Assembly: GCA_002269645.1 (NCBI GenBank) | Contig: NIVC01001486.1 | Span: forward strand, 248,001 to 312,000 | Length of the DNA: 64,000 bases | From: Macrostomum lignano | Lineage: Eukaryota | Direction of reading: 5' to 3' | In this document: positions 8,853 to 21,320 of the stretch, in pieces | Position numbering within the stretch: position 1 is the stretch's first letter | Layout: every line of letters starts with the position of its first letter | Program-made: the position numbers and the translations under genes | Notes under the pieces: model-generated | The model's input: the letters and a program-made list of their open reading frames with translations, nothing else | Told to the model about the DNA's origin: nothing | Database searches by the model: none

Positions 8853-11569
8853 CTGTCGCGGCTCCTGGCGCTGTTCGGAACATACGAACGTATTACACAT
8901 TTAGGCGAGTCTTGGAGCACTTTCTCACACAATATGGCATACTTCAGTCTAACTGCAACCGATTTTGACAATCTCAGCTGCATATTAAAGTTTAATAAAT
9001 TCTCAAAACTTCGCTTAAAATTGTATTCTTCTGACACTAACTATACAATCTTCAAAACGATATACAAGTGACTGGCTATAGTTTTGATCAAGGATGATAA
9101 ATCCTACCTGCATGGATTGCTAGTTTGGAGGCGAAAATGTTTCAACACGCAAAGTAAACGACTTTCCCTATTGTTGACTCTGTTTGAATAAAATTTCAAA
9201 ACTTCGAGACAAAATCATCCTTGGAGTCTTCCACAGTCAGCCTACTATATCCTCGTAATACAAGTGTCCAGGGTCAATACGACCGAGTCGACACGCCATT
9301 TTATAGATCTCTAAGCCTTCTTCCCTTTGAGTGTTTTCTCCAGTTGGTGTGTCAATAAACACGGGGTATTTGACGACTGGCCCGAGTTTATTTCAGAGCT
9401 CACGTGCTTTCAGCAGCTTTCGTGCTACAGTACATCTACATCGTCGTAGTAGCGGAAACAGATGCTGTGGCACGTTGTCCAGTCGAATGCCTTCATGAAC
9501 TCTAGGGAGAAAACAATCAGGATCGACTGGCGCATCAAAGTCTCCTCGACGACTCTGCTCGCAGAGCAACGCAGCACGATGCACAATGCTTCAATAGGCA
9601 CCCCGTCTGTACCTAGCGCGTTCCCACACGGCGACCGTTGGTCGAGCCTTACAACGTCGGCTGTGCTACTTTCGGATGAACAGCCGCCACGGGCCTCCTC
9701 CGACTCGCGCAAGCAAGAACACTGCTGTGGCAACACCGGACGGCCTAACAGACTTCGAGGCATCACTAGGTGTGCTCCAGGTAGATATGCTAGCATCGTT
9801 CTTGTTTGTTATGGTGCCTGACTGGCTGCCGCCGACTGCTCCTAGTAAAAACGATAGCAGCTTCTCTGATCCTCGAAGAAGTCAGCACCAGACAGCCGAG
9901 GTAAAGCGAACAGCTGAAATTGTTGAAGAGCCAACACCAGCTGGAGAAGCGACTCACTCCTCTTTGCTTAAAAAACGATTTAATTGCCATTTGTCGGTGA
10001 AAAAATGATGAAAAGGTTACTGTACTGTGGTTGAATTAACGAACGCAGAAACTAGATAGCTAATTATCCGGGCGCCCAGTGGCACCAAAAAAATATTTTG
10101 GCCAATAGGAGGACGGCTCGTATATTTGTGCACGAGGTGAAGGAAAGTTCTAGAAAGACCGGGCCAGGAAACTTCTGGAACTATGCGAACTACAAGTTCT
10201 GTTGTGGAAGTTTCTAGAAACCCTGTCCCCGAACTATCCCTACGCATTGCATGCCTTTGCCATACACAACAGAAACCATAGAGTTTACATTCGCTCATGC
10301 TACTTTTAGTAGAATCTGGCACGCTGGTATCTTCGCTTTTCACAGCCACGAAGGATTTCCTGCTGAAAATTCCCCTGGCTGATGTAGCAGACTCCCGATG
10401 AACGCCCAAGCAGAGTTCACCAGTCTTCCATCTCAGGCCTATCCCATCTCAATAGGCCACTCCGCAGCCGCCTTGAACAATCCCAATAAGCCCTCTTAGT
10501 TAGAGCATAGATGACGGTGCGCCTGCACATAATGGGTGGTGGCAGCCTCCGTGGTCTACTAAACTGCCCCGAAGACCATCAAATGTACTTTAGCAGTTTG
10601 GATTGGTCCGCTTTCTAGAGCCTCTTTCTTAGGCTTAAGCGGTACCTTAATTTTTTTAATTAAGACGTGTGATCCGTTACCTGAGGCCTGTGTTGGCGCC
10701 AGCTTCTATCCGGCTTCTCCATTACTCGAAGTCTCCGAATCCTACTCTCCAGGCTGCGGCACAGATAGGCCGGATGCAGTTATGACAGATAGAAGTCCTC
10801 TATACACCAATCAATCAGTATCTCGCGTTACCAAAGGTCCGATCTTCCTCAGGGATAACGGTGTTGCCGTATACCGCTAGGAGGTTATTTGCACCGGTAG
10901 TCGGCTCAAGTTCTTGCTGCTCAAGAAGGCTTCTATTCTAGAGCGTCCTTCCTGCTCGAGGAAAGGTGATTTTTAGCGCTTTCAGGTATGTCTTACTTAT
11001 AGAAATATTGAAATTAAAAAAAAAATAAAGCGCGCTAGCATGCGTGTGTCAATTGTTATTAGCAATAGAAAATCAACCCTGAAAGGCACTTGACTCCGTA
11101 TCTTCACTATCCGCACTATAATTCCAATTCACGTAAATGCAATTTATTGATTACTGCTTATTCTACTGTGAATAGTAAATTACCAGTAAGTTGTGGCATT
11201 TCAGTTTCATGAAAAATTGAATTCTATTTTACAAATTTTACAATTAAATTTTTCATTTCTTCTACAATTTAGAAACAGACATGAGGATTCCTGCTGGTTA
11301 AGGACAGGCAGAGCTTATTTATAATACTGATATTGAAGAATAAGTTAAAATTCTCGGATCTTTTGCCTCGCTCATGCCGGGTTTGCCAGTGAAGAGGGTT
11401 AAGCAACTTGTCATCTTTGTCCACTGTTTGATTGGTAACGTGGCCTCACCAACCATATCCCCAGTTTCACTATTTGAGTACACTGCTCAAATTGCTGTCT
11501 TTCTAAAATTATTCTGTTGCTTCACACATTTTACAATGCTCTTAAGCCGCCAAAGCACGACTCCTTAGT

Positions 11570-13780
11570 GCTGCTCATCACTCCAAACCATGTTTGCAAT
11601 GCTCTCCACTGAGTTTCTCGGCTGCCTTCGAGACACTGTAGTGTCTCCAACGAGCTTTGCTTTAGCGTGAGCGGGCAGACGGTCTGGTTCAATATAAGGA
11701 GTGCCCGTCACTCTTCAGGGTGTAAAAAATGATGGTGATCTTTAGGTACAGATCTGCTGATATCAGTAGGTATGTCTTTTAGTGCTTGACTTTCGCCCTA
11801 CGGTTTAAGCAGAGTTAGGCAAAAGGCTTCTGCTGCAGCATATCGACTGCATGGCATCGATTGGAGTGGCAGCTTTTGAGTTTTGAAACCTTTTGAATAT
11901 TCAATTTTGATTGGTTCATAATTCTCATCGCAAGCACGGTGGTCTGAATCTCTGATCCTTGGCCTAAGCAGTATAGTAGAGCATACCTGTGGAGGGCAGA
12001 GTACCAAGTGCACAGGTTCTTTCTTTCCTGTGCTTGAACGCGAGTGCTCAAAAAGTCTCGAAACCTGATGCGCCAGGACGCAACCAGACAGACTTGACCC
12101 TCGACTGGACGCTCTGGTGCAGCTGTCCTCAGCAGGGCAGCGATAGATCCTACCAACAGTACGTCGTACGCGAGTACCGGTGTTTTCAGGGGGGAGAGAG
12201 TCTGATAGCCGATAAAAATGGAGGCTGAGCAGCTGCATTGCTTGGTGGGAAATAAAAGACTACTCAAGGTCGGAAGAAAGAGGCGTTGAATGAGACTCAA
12301 AGAAAAGTATGCTTTCATTGTTCACGACATTCCAACAGGATTTCCAAACTATAGCCATATTGCGATAGACATTTAAAGTAAAACTTTCCCCACCAGTCCA
12401 ACGTACCAAATAACTCCGAAAGATCATCGATCTCTGTTGTGTTTTATGGGTTAATTCAGCGTTGAGCCGAAGGCTGTTATCAAAAGAGCATAACTCAAGT
12501 TGCATGTATATTTTGTTTAAAGATATAAGTCAAAGCAAGTCTTTATAGAGTCAGTCAGTAGCTGTTTGAAACACAGACAAATAAGTCGTTAAGTCGTATC
12601 AATTCAACGTGTCTCAAATTGTTCATGTTGGGTAAATGGTGATTTTTTCCGTCATTCATTTTGCATGGAGTAAGCAGCTAGGATCACACAGCTGTTTGCT
12701 CATGAAACGAACTTTCTAATTGCGGACGTCAATATCGGGTTTAATTCGTCCTGCAATTAGTTAATGTTGTTACTAAAGCAATTGCTTATGAATCACGACT
12801 ATTCTTATAACTGCGCTTTTGATTGCTAGATAATTTTGTCTCTTTCTTACGAGTCGTAAAATCAGCAAAGTCCTTGCATGTGCCTGCGCTGCACTCGTTT
12901 CAAAAATGAAAACCTTTTTATTCCTAACATCATGAATTCCGTGTCTTAAGTTCTGCTAAGCAAATGGTCATTAAAAGAAAAATTCCTTGGGTAGACGCAC
13001 CTGTGTGGTATACATATCCAGAGAAATTTGAAGGCATCCATACCTAATAGTACATTTCTACCCCATCTAGCTGGTGTGTCGCTGAAGCGACACTGCTCAG
13101 TTTCATCAAACACATCCGACGGTGTCCTCGCCAGGCATTTTAATCCTACATTACTGTTAACTGTCAGGCAGACACTGCACTGATGGCTCATTAAGTTTTG
13201 AGTGAGAGGCAGAGCCAGCATCAATAGCTTTTTACTGCATCCCAATCGTCCCAGTCAGTTCTAGTCAAGGCTTTGCCTGAGACTACTCAACTTTCGTTTG
13301 TGCTTCCCGCCGCAGCAGCGATTTGTTAACATTAATTTGAATTTTCTAGAAAAGCTGACAGCAGTGACAGGGAATGTAAAAGGCCACACAGCTTCCAATA
13401 TTGCCTCATTCTAGCTTGCGAATCGTGAATCTTCCCGAGCAGCAATAAAATGCCTGAAATGTCGGCACAGCTGCTCTGAGTTTATCAAAACGAGATTTCT
13501 TTATCGGACTGCAGAAGCAATGGTACATGTAGCTTTGATTCTCATCCAGATCATCGTATATCAGAGTGATGACTTGAAAAGGAAAAACAACTCCAGGCAT
13601 CAAAATGATATACAAGCAATATCAATAAGGCCCACTGCCATCAAAATTGTCATCGCATCAATCAGTTTCGGCTTGAAATTTAGACAGCGAAATCATAAAA
13701 AATCTTAGAACTGTTCTTGACGTGATTCAATGCCCACAGTCGACCCACTTCCAGAGCTCATAGAAATTCAGGCTGATCAT
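11570..13780. repeat. Duplicated block D (related copies at ~22900-24620 and ~31825-33620)
   Basis: Long shared strings, e.g. gcgtgagcgggcagacgg..ggagtgcccgtcactcttcag, gatgcgccaggacgca, ctgtcaggcagaca, gagaggcagagcc.gcatcaat and cacagcttccaat.ttgcctcattc.agct. Confidence 0.85.
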
Positions 13781-13785
13781 CTCGT

Positions 13786-14518
13786 TCAGCCACGCTGGTA
13801 GAGAGTCCAGTCGGGTCCGGTCAGGCTGGCTGGCGGGTAGGCGAACGCCAGCAGGTGGCAGGCGAGCAGCCGCTCGGAGAAAACGGCGGCCTGGCAGTCG
13901 GCTTTGGCACTGCACCGGGCGAGGCAGTCCATGACGGATGGGGCAGCGGCCGGCCAGGACGAGGTCTTGCTGGTCTCCACAGTGAAGTTCGAATGCTTTA
14001 ACATCTTGTAGAAGTTTTGGTCTAAAACAGATTGTGGTTGAGATGTGTTTTAGAAAGGCCAACTGTAGATAGATTTGAAGTTCAACTAATCGTCTTAAGA
14101 ACAAAAGTTACTCACTCGGGTAGGTCAGAGCGAACACCGAGTTTCGCCATGGAGCTCCGCAAATCTGCGACGAGTTTCCTCTGCACTTTGTGCTGCAGTC
14201 GCTTTCGTTGGCTTTGCCCTGAGATCCGAAGGAGCTGCCGCAGAGGCACGCTTTTCCACTCTGCACACCAAAGTAGGCGAAGCCACCAAGTGAGCACACA
14301 CTGCTACAGAGCTCGTGCGACATGTCGGTGTTGCTCACACACCTGCTGCTAATGATTTCGTATTCGCCAATCCTTGTGACACCGCTTAGCTCGTTCAAGT
14401 CTCTGACTCCGCCAGTGAAGTCCACGTAGCAGCCAACATATGAGAAGCGGACGACCCTGCATGCCGCGCAGGTCATGAGAGCGCAGATAAAAACTGGCAG
14501 TTTCGACACCCGAAGCAT
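13786..14518 (-). CDS. WP3 (A-subfamily): secreted WSC + PAN/Apple-like protein, intact, 212 aa
   Basis: Exon 1 14518-14116, donor A|gtgagt. 94-bp intron. Exon 2 14021-13786 (NQNFYKMLKH..WTLYQRG*). Confidence 0.9.
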
Positions 14519-14570
14519 CTTTCAGCTGCTCAACTGCAAGGTACTCAGCTGGAGCGCGCGAGTTCGAGAT

Positions 14571-14603
14571 TTTATAGTTTAGCATCTGTCCGCTCGTCCA
14601 ATG
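14571..14603 (-). promoter_or_regulatory. TATA box plus CCAAT box of WP3; the layout is conserved in the A-type paralogues
   Basis: Minus-strand TATAAA at 14576-14571, 52 nt upstream of the ATG, with CCAAT at ~14599-14603. Equivalent TATAAA/TTTAAA plus ccaatggc motifs lie upstream of WP5, WP8 and WP10. TATAAA is also upstream of WP1, WP2, WP7 and WP9. Confidence 0.6.
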
Positions 14604-16825
14604 GCGTACAGTCTTCGATTTAACCAATCGGGTGCAGTTCTTCAGTCAAGACAGGCTTTTTTTTAATGTGCATAAGAGAAAATTTTCGGGTGTTCAATTT
14701 TCAATCGAGCTGAACGCAGTCGTTTCTCGTTGATCGCACATTTATGCTTGACATTTGAAAAAACAGAATATTCACACACTCCCATCATATTTAGATTTTA
14801 ATTTAAAGAATATTTTACTGATTTTTTTCACCCGACCAGAAATCCAGAAGTCTGGTCCCTTTTCAGAAACTTTAAAATTTTAATTAGCTAGCTCAAATGA
14901 CTCATAGATTCGATATTTTCTACTTTTAGTAGTTAGCATAGCATTTAAGCTGCCGGCATGATGAAATGAATTCCATTCCAAAATATTATCTACGCTGTGT
15001 TCAGCGCAATATTTGAAGACTCTTGCGGATGCGAGCAATGTGGCTTCTTTCTGGCAAATAGGAGAGAGCATGACCAGATAATTTTCGCATCTTTCGCATC
15101 TTTCGCATCACTGCCGATTTCCTTGATTGATCAGATAATTTTCGTCTTATCTGCATGGCTTGTCCGTTATCTGATAAATAATCGAAATTTCTCCAGATAC
15201 GAGTATAGCCACTAAGGACCACTGTAGTAAAAGGACTCCTGCAGCCACAACTTCCTTTGCTACACAACTTCCTCACTCAGTTAATAATATGTAGCCATAT
15301 TCAAACTTTGCACGCCTTTTGAGGGTTTAATCATGTTTCAGTGCATTGTAATAATCAGGTATTGAATGTTATTGCTTAGTACCAAGCTTCTATTGGTCAG
15401 TTTGTTAGCTGGCTGTATCAGTCAGATGTGAGCTTGGAGTTGGACTACTCTACTAATTGACCTAGATCACTAAGTAGAATGCCATTTTGCTCTTATAACT
15501 TATGTGCAGACATGCCGACTGTCAAGTACCTGCTGCTCTGCTCTTCACATGAAATATTAATCGCCTACTGAGAACTCCAAATGCATCGTAGAAAGCAAAA
15601 GGCACTAAGTGAAGCAAACTCGTGCTATATGTAAAAATCATTAGCCATGTCACTGCGCTATCGGAGTAAAGTACCATAATCTTCATTGAAATTGGCAAAC
15701 ATCACTAAAACCGGGGAAAATGTCAGCCAATGTCCAACATTCAGCTGCTAATGTGGTCCAAAAACCATCTTAATATCTGTATCCGAAGAAGCAACATCAA
15801 ACTTTGAAAATTTGAAACTTTGAAATCAAAACTTTTTTCTGTGGTTTGTGAGTTCCGAGTCCTTCTACTACAGTGGTCCTTGATAACAACGTGTGAATCT
15901 GTTTTGTGTCTTCGTTCGCAGTCTTCGTCTCTCTGTCAATCAAGCCGCGTGAGAGAAAATAAGTTATTCCCAGGAAGCTGGGAAGCTGATGCCGATTCTA
16001 CAGGCTTTCAAACGGGGCTTTGTTTGCCCCAGCTAAAAATCATTTGAATCACTTGCTAGCCGTGGCTGAATCAAGGAAGCAGCACTTCCTCCTCTTGCCA
16101 CTTCCTCTCGCACAGAGTCGGGGAGACGCTGTGAGGATTCTTCTGCTGCAAGAAACTTTTCTTGGCTCATTCGATTCGATCTGGTAGCGATGCCAGTGGC
16201 ACACAGGCTCTGCTTTTGCTGCTGTTTATTCTCAAGACTTTTTTCAAAAGTGCCTTTGTGCATTTTCATTTATTAAACTGCAGCATCTTGTAAACGGGAA
16301 TCGATGCCCGTGGCTGCAAACAAGAACACAGAGGAAACGCGGAGCAGGGAAGGGTATGAAAGCCTATGATCTCTCATAGGCAGACCAAAAGGCGGACCTA
16401 GCGGCAGACAGCAACCCAAAGTGGGGCGAGGTCGAGGGAAACTGATGACAGTAGGGCGATGCCTAACACTAAACTAGCGGCTCATTTTATTGGCATGAAA
16501 AGTGGCTACAGCTCCGGAGCTGTCTGTGTTCAGTAACTAATACGAGTTAAAAAGACTACGTGCAACAATTTAATGCCAGTTTTCAATATCCAATATCTAA
16601 TTCACATGCTTGCCAAGATATCGGTTCATTTCGATTTCGAATTTTGCGCATTTCAAAGATATCATGCATATGAATTTCTCAATCAAAAGAACGATTTCCA
16701 GGTTTGCAGAAAGATTGATTGGATGCAAAAACGGATACTTCAAAACGTTATTTTACGGAACTGTTTATTGCCAAATCGTTCTCAGGCTGTTTGGCCTCGA
16801 AGTCGCTTGTCCGTCCTTGCAAGAC

Positions 16826-17540
16826 TCAGGTTTTGATGAACACAGCCCACTCCGGTCCGGTCAGGCTGGCTGGCGGGAAGGCGAACGGCAGCAGGCGGCA
16901 GGCGAGCAGCTGCTTGCAGAAGACGGCGCCGCTGCAGTTGGCTCTGGCGCTGCACTGGAGCAGGCAGTCCGCGTCAGACTGGGCAGCGGCCGGCCAGGAC
17001 GAGTCCACGGTAGAGGTCACCGTGATGTCCTTCAGCACAGTGTAGGCATTGTTGCCTGGAAGTTTTGGTTCCAACAATAGCGTTCCGCAATGTTTCATTC
17101 GAAAATCTATGAGAACGGAGCAAGGCTAACTTACTTGGGTAGTGCAGAGCGAACACGGAGTTGATGAAGGAGTCTCCGCAAATCTGCTCTGGGTTTCCCG
17201 TACACTGCTTGTTGCACTTGCTTTCGCTGAGCTGTCCGTGGAGTCCGTAGGAGCTGCCGCAGAAGCACTGCCTGCCGACCTGCACGCCGAAGTAGGGGAA
17301 GCGGCCCAGAGAGCAGACGTTGCTGCAGAACTCGTGCGACATGTTGTCGACGCCTTGCACTAGGTTGCCAACAGCAATGCTGTACGGCCCCAGATTATTC
17401 AGTCCTTTCAGACCTGTCAGGTCTCTGTTCAAGTTATCGCCGTCTTGGTAGCAACCGACATAAGAGAAATGAGCCACCCTGCCAGCTGCACAGGTCAGGA
17501 GGGCGCACAGCAACGCCGACTCTAACAGTGAGATTCTCAT
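16826..17540 (-). CDS. WP4: secreted WSC + PAN/Apple-like protein, intact, 211 aa (most divergent exon 2)
   Basis: Exon 1 17540-17135 (MRISLLESALLCALLTCAAGR..), donor A|gtaagt. 79-bp intron. Exon 2 17055-16826 (..DCLLQCSARANCSGAVFCKQLLACRLL..WAVFIKT*). Confidence 0.88.
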
Positions 17541-17689
17541 TCTAATTCACGAATTACAACGGGTGCAAGCTATCGAATCTTAACAAACGGAGCTTGGAAG
17601 CCTTTCTCAGACGAGCGTCACCCTTTTATCATTTTGTGAGTACAGGCATTCAGGTTTTATCCAATTAGACGGGTTCTGCTCACGGAAGA

Positions 17690-18075
17690 TTTTGTTGAAG
17701 AGCGGAAAACTTGGTTTCTTAGAAAAAAAATTGGGGCTGATTTTGGGCAAAATTTACGGTACAGAGACAAAAAATTTCATTTTTCCGGCGTAAAAATAGC
17801 GTAAGTTTTGATTTAAATCAGATCGGATGCTCGCTCATCTTGGTAGGATAGCATGCCAGTTTTATTGCTCTGTTAATCCTTGTAAAGTTTAATTTGTAGA
17901 AACAAAACTGATTTTTGTTATTTAAATTTTATTTACTTACTTTTACACGACTCAGGTCAAACTTTAGTCCCAAGTGCTGCCACCGAAGATCAGAAGGCTT
18001 TTATAAAACTGAAGGCGGTCAGTTGTACCTTGATATCACCAAAAGGAATATTTTAGTCAACACTTTAGAAGAAGC
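17690..18075. repeat. Duplicated block (second copy at ~21390-21815)
   Basis: Shared tttcttagaaaaaa..ggggctgattttgggcaaaa, aaaatttcatttttc, ctcatcttggtag, tcaaactttagtc..gtgctgccacc and gcggtcagtt.taccttg.tatcaccaaaa. Confidence 0.75.
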
Positions 18076-18204
18076 GTATTAAATGATTCCATATTTGAAT
18101 AGATGAACATACATTAAATAGTGTACAATTAACTCATGAAAATTATACCCATAGTACAGACGTGTCATGTAAAATTTTGTCGTAACTTATTGGGTTTTGC
18201 TAAT

Positions 18205-18960
18205 CAGGTGAGTAGCTGTAGTCAGGTGAGTAGCTGCAGTCAGGTGAGTAGCTGCAGTCAGGTGAGTAGCTGCAGTCAGGTGAGTAGCTGCAGTCAGGTG
18301 AGTAGCTGCAGTCAGTTGAGTAGCTGCAGTCAGGTGAGTAGCTGCAGTCAGGTGAGTAGCTGCAGTCAGGTGAGTAGCTGCAGTCAGTTGAGTAGCTGCA
18401 GTCAGGTGAGTAGCTGCAGTCAGGTGAGTAGCTGCAGTCAGTTGAGTAGCTGCAGTCAGGTGAGTAGCTGCAGTCAGGTGAGTAGCTGCAGTCAGGTGAG
18501 TAGCTGCAGTCAGTAGCTGCAGTCAGGTGAGTAGCTGCAGTCAGGTGAGTAGCTGCAGTCAGGTGAGTAGCTGCAGTCAGGTGAGTAGCTGCAGTCAGGT
18601 GAGTAGCTGCAGTCAGGTGAGTAGCTGCAGTCAGGTGAGTAGCTGCAGTCAGTAGCTGCAGTCAGGTGAGTAGCTGCAGTCAGGTGAGTAGCTGCAGTCA
18701 GGTGAGTAGCTGCAGTCAGTAGCTGCAGTCAGGTGAGTAGCTGCAGTCAGGTGAGTAGCTGCAGTCAGGTGAGTAGCTGCAGTCAGGTGAGTAGCTGCAG
18801 TCAGGTGAGTAGCTTCAGTCAGGTGAGTAGCTGCAGTCAGGTGAGTAGCTGCAGTCAGGTGAGTAGCTGCAGTCAGGTGAGTAGCTGCAGTCAGGTGAGT
18901 AGCTGCAGTCAGGTGAGTAGCTGCAGTCAGGTGAGTAGCTTCAGTCAGGTGAATAGCTTC
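18205..18960 (+). repeat. 18-bp minisatellite (CAGGTGAGTAGCTGCAGT), about 42 units
   Basis: Directly visible; a few units are shortened or carry a substitution. Confidence 0.97.
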
Positions 18961-19796
18961 GCTTCGTGGTGCGTTCTATGCAATATCTCGAGCAGCGTAG
19001 AGCTGACTGCTGAATGACGTGGCGCATCTGCCTTTGTTTTACGGAGTGATCTACAGCGCATTGCCGTGACCGTGGCGCCCATGTGACTGCAAGACATGGA
19101 GAAAATTTGTCAATTTCTACTTCCGACCAGAAAACTTTCTCGGGGCTATCTAAACCCAACTCTTTCTCTGATTAGTGCTATTCCTGTAGCTTTGAGACAA
19201 TTCAAGAAGGAAGTCTCTGTCTCTTTGTTTCAGCGCTTCTTTTGTGTTTTTCAACTCGCTTTCTTTGCATGCCCCGGGCATGAGAAAACTTTCTCTCGGG
19301 AAGTCAAAAAAACTCGTTTGTATCGGCTTCTAACATGAAGGCTGTTGGTTTGGTTGAGGCAAAAACGCTTCTCCTTGCGGGATGTTTAAAACAAAAGAAA
19401 CTTCCTCCTGCTCTCTCTCACCTTTAGATAGAGATTGACTGGGGTTTTAGCTTCTCTATCAGCATGACTCTTCCATTCTCCACCGAGTTGGGAGGCGAAA
19501 ATGAAGCACATAGGCTTTTTGAAGCTGCTATGCGGTTTTAATAAATTGCATGGTTCTTGTTTTGTTGTTTAATTTATTTGTTATATATGGCAATTTAGTT
19601 TAAACAGCAATCTAGTGCCCCCAATCTAGTGCTCCTAAGCAAGGAGCAAATTTTTTCATAAACCACCTTATTCGAGTAAAATTGTCACGGACAAAGATGT
19701 TTGCTATGAATCTCTTTTTTCTAAAAGTAACAAAAAGACAATAAAATAAAGCCTTCAAAAAGAATACAGGGATTCCCCCCAAATAGAAAACATCCC

Positions 19797-20060
19797 CAAG
19801 ACAAGATAGCAAGCATCCCCCAGATAGCAAGCATCCCCCAGACAGCAAGCATCCCCCAGACAGCAAGCATCCCCCAGACAGCAAGCATCCCCCAGATAGC
19901 AAGCATCCCCCAGACAGCAAGCATCCCCCAGACAGCAAGCATCCCCCAGACAGCAAGCATTCCCCAGATAGCAAGCATCCCCCAGATAGCAAGCATCCCC
20001 CAGATAGCAAGCACCCCCCATATAGCAAGCACCCCCCAGATAGCAAGCATGCACCACAGA
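19797..20060. repeat. 18-bp minisatellite (AGCAAGCATCCCCCAGA[T/C]), about 14 units
   Basis: Directly visible. Confidence 0.95.
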
Positions 20061-20064
20061 CAGC

Positions 20065-20810
20065 AAGTAGCTAGTGCAACTATTTCCTCGGCTAATGCAA
20101 TAATTGCTTTCTCAGGTAGTGCAATAATCCATGTCTCAGCTAGTGCAACAGTTCTTTTTCAGCCAGTGGACTAATTCCTTTCTCATCTAGTGCAATTATT
20201 CTTTACTCATCAAGTGCAATAATCCTTTACTTATCAAGTGCAATAACCCATGCCTCAGCTAGTGCAATAATCGATGTCTCATCAAGTGCAATAATCGATG
20301 TCTCATCAAGTGCAATAATTATAGTCTAGCAATTTTACGATCCTTATTCACATTTTATGCAGAACAATATGCATGCATTGTTTTTAGGATCGTCAAGCAG
20401 CATAACAATGCAAAGAATCAGCGGTCGCAGCACGTGACAACGATTTGTCTATGGCTCTCGCCTACCGGCGCTCGCAAGACAATCGTTGTCACGCACTGGG
20501 ACGGCTGATTAAGTAACTGAGTGCAAATAAATGGCAACTGATGGATATATCAAAAAGTCCCATTTATACAAGTGCCTATGGCAAAAATGCTTTCGCGTTC
20601 TTTCCTTCTTTTGTGCTTCGGCATTTATTGCCTTTGCACTGGTATGAACGGGGAATATATAACATTTATCCATTGTCTCATCAAATGCAATAATCCTTTA
20701 CTCACCAAGTGCAATAATCGATGTCTTAGCAAGCGCAATAATCCTTTACTCATCAAGTGCAATAATTCATGTCTCAGTTAGTGCAATAATCCTTTACTCA
20801 CCAAGTGCAA
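20065..20810. repeat. Degenerate ~24-bp repeat (CAAGTGCAATAATCCTTTACTCAT) in two patches, ~20065-20315 and ~20670-20810
   Basis: agtgcaataat recurs at about 24-bp spacing. Confidence 0.8.
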
Positions 20811-21156
20811 TATAATACTTTCTATGGTCAAGTCTGTTTCGGATACGCTGATAAATAGAGTTGAGCCATAGATAAAATTCCATGATAAGACAAGACGTGT
20901 TCACTTTAATCTTAGGAGGGACGATACAGAGTTTTGTTAACACTCTGATCTGCTTACTAATTCTAGAGAATGCTGAACTTAAGCAATCTGCCTGACCAAA
21001 TGGTCTCCGGCCTATCAACAGACCATCGCTAATGAGCGTTGCGCGGAGGAACATCGAGCTACGAAGGCTACGCCAATCATCGTGGTAAACTTCAATGGAA
21101 CGTTTCAAAACTGCACGTTTAATGTATCTGGTATATATCTGAGTAGGTCTGGGTAT

Positions 21157-21320
21157 AGGGGCGCCAGCACCGGGGGCGCCAGCACCGGGGGCGCCAGCAC
21201 CGGGGGCGCCAGCACCGGGGGCGCCAGCACCGGGGGCGCCAGCACCGGGGGCGCCAGCACCGGGGGCGCCAGCACCGGGGGCGCCAGCACCGGGGACGCC
21301 AGCACCGGGGGCGCCAGCAC
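21157..21320. repeat. 15-bp GC-rich minisatellite (GGGGGCGCCAGCACC), about 10-11 units
   Basis: Directly visible. Confidence 0.95.

Noticed and set aside
18205-18960. CRISPR-like array (also considered for the 23-bp and 161-bp arrays)
   Set aside because: There are no unique spacers and no cas genes, and the context is eukaryotic.
18136-19017. (SQVSSC)n Cys/Ser-rich protein
   Set aside because: An artefact of the 18-bp repeat being a multiple of 3; there is no signal peptide, splice context or unique domain.
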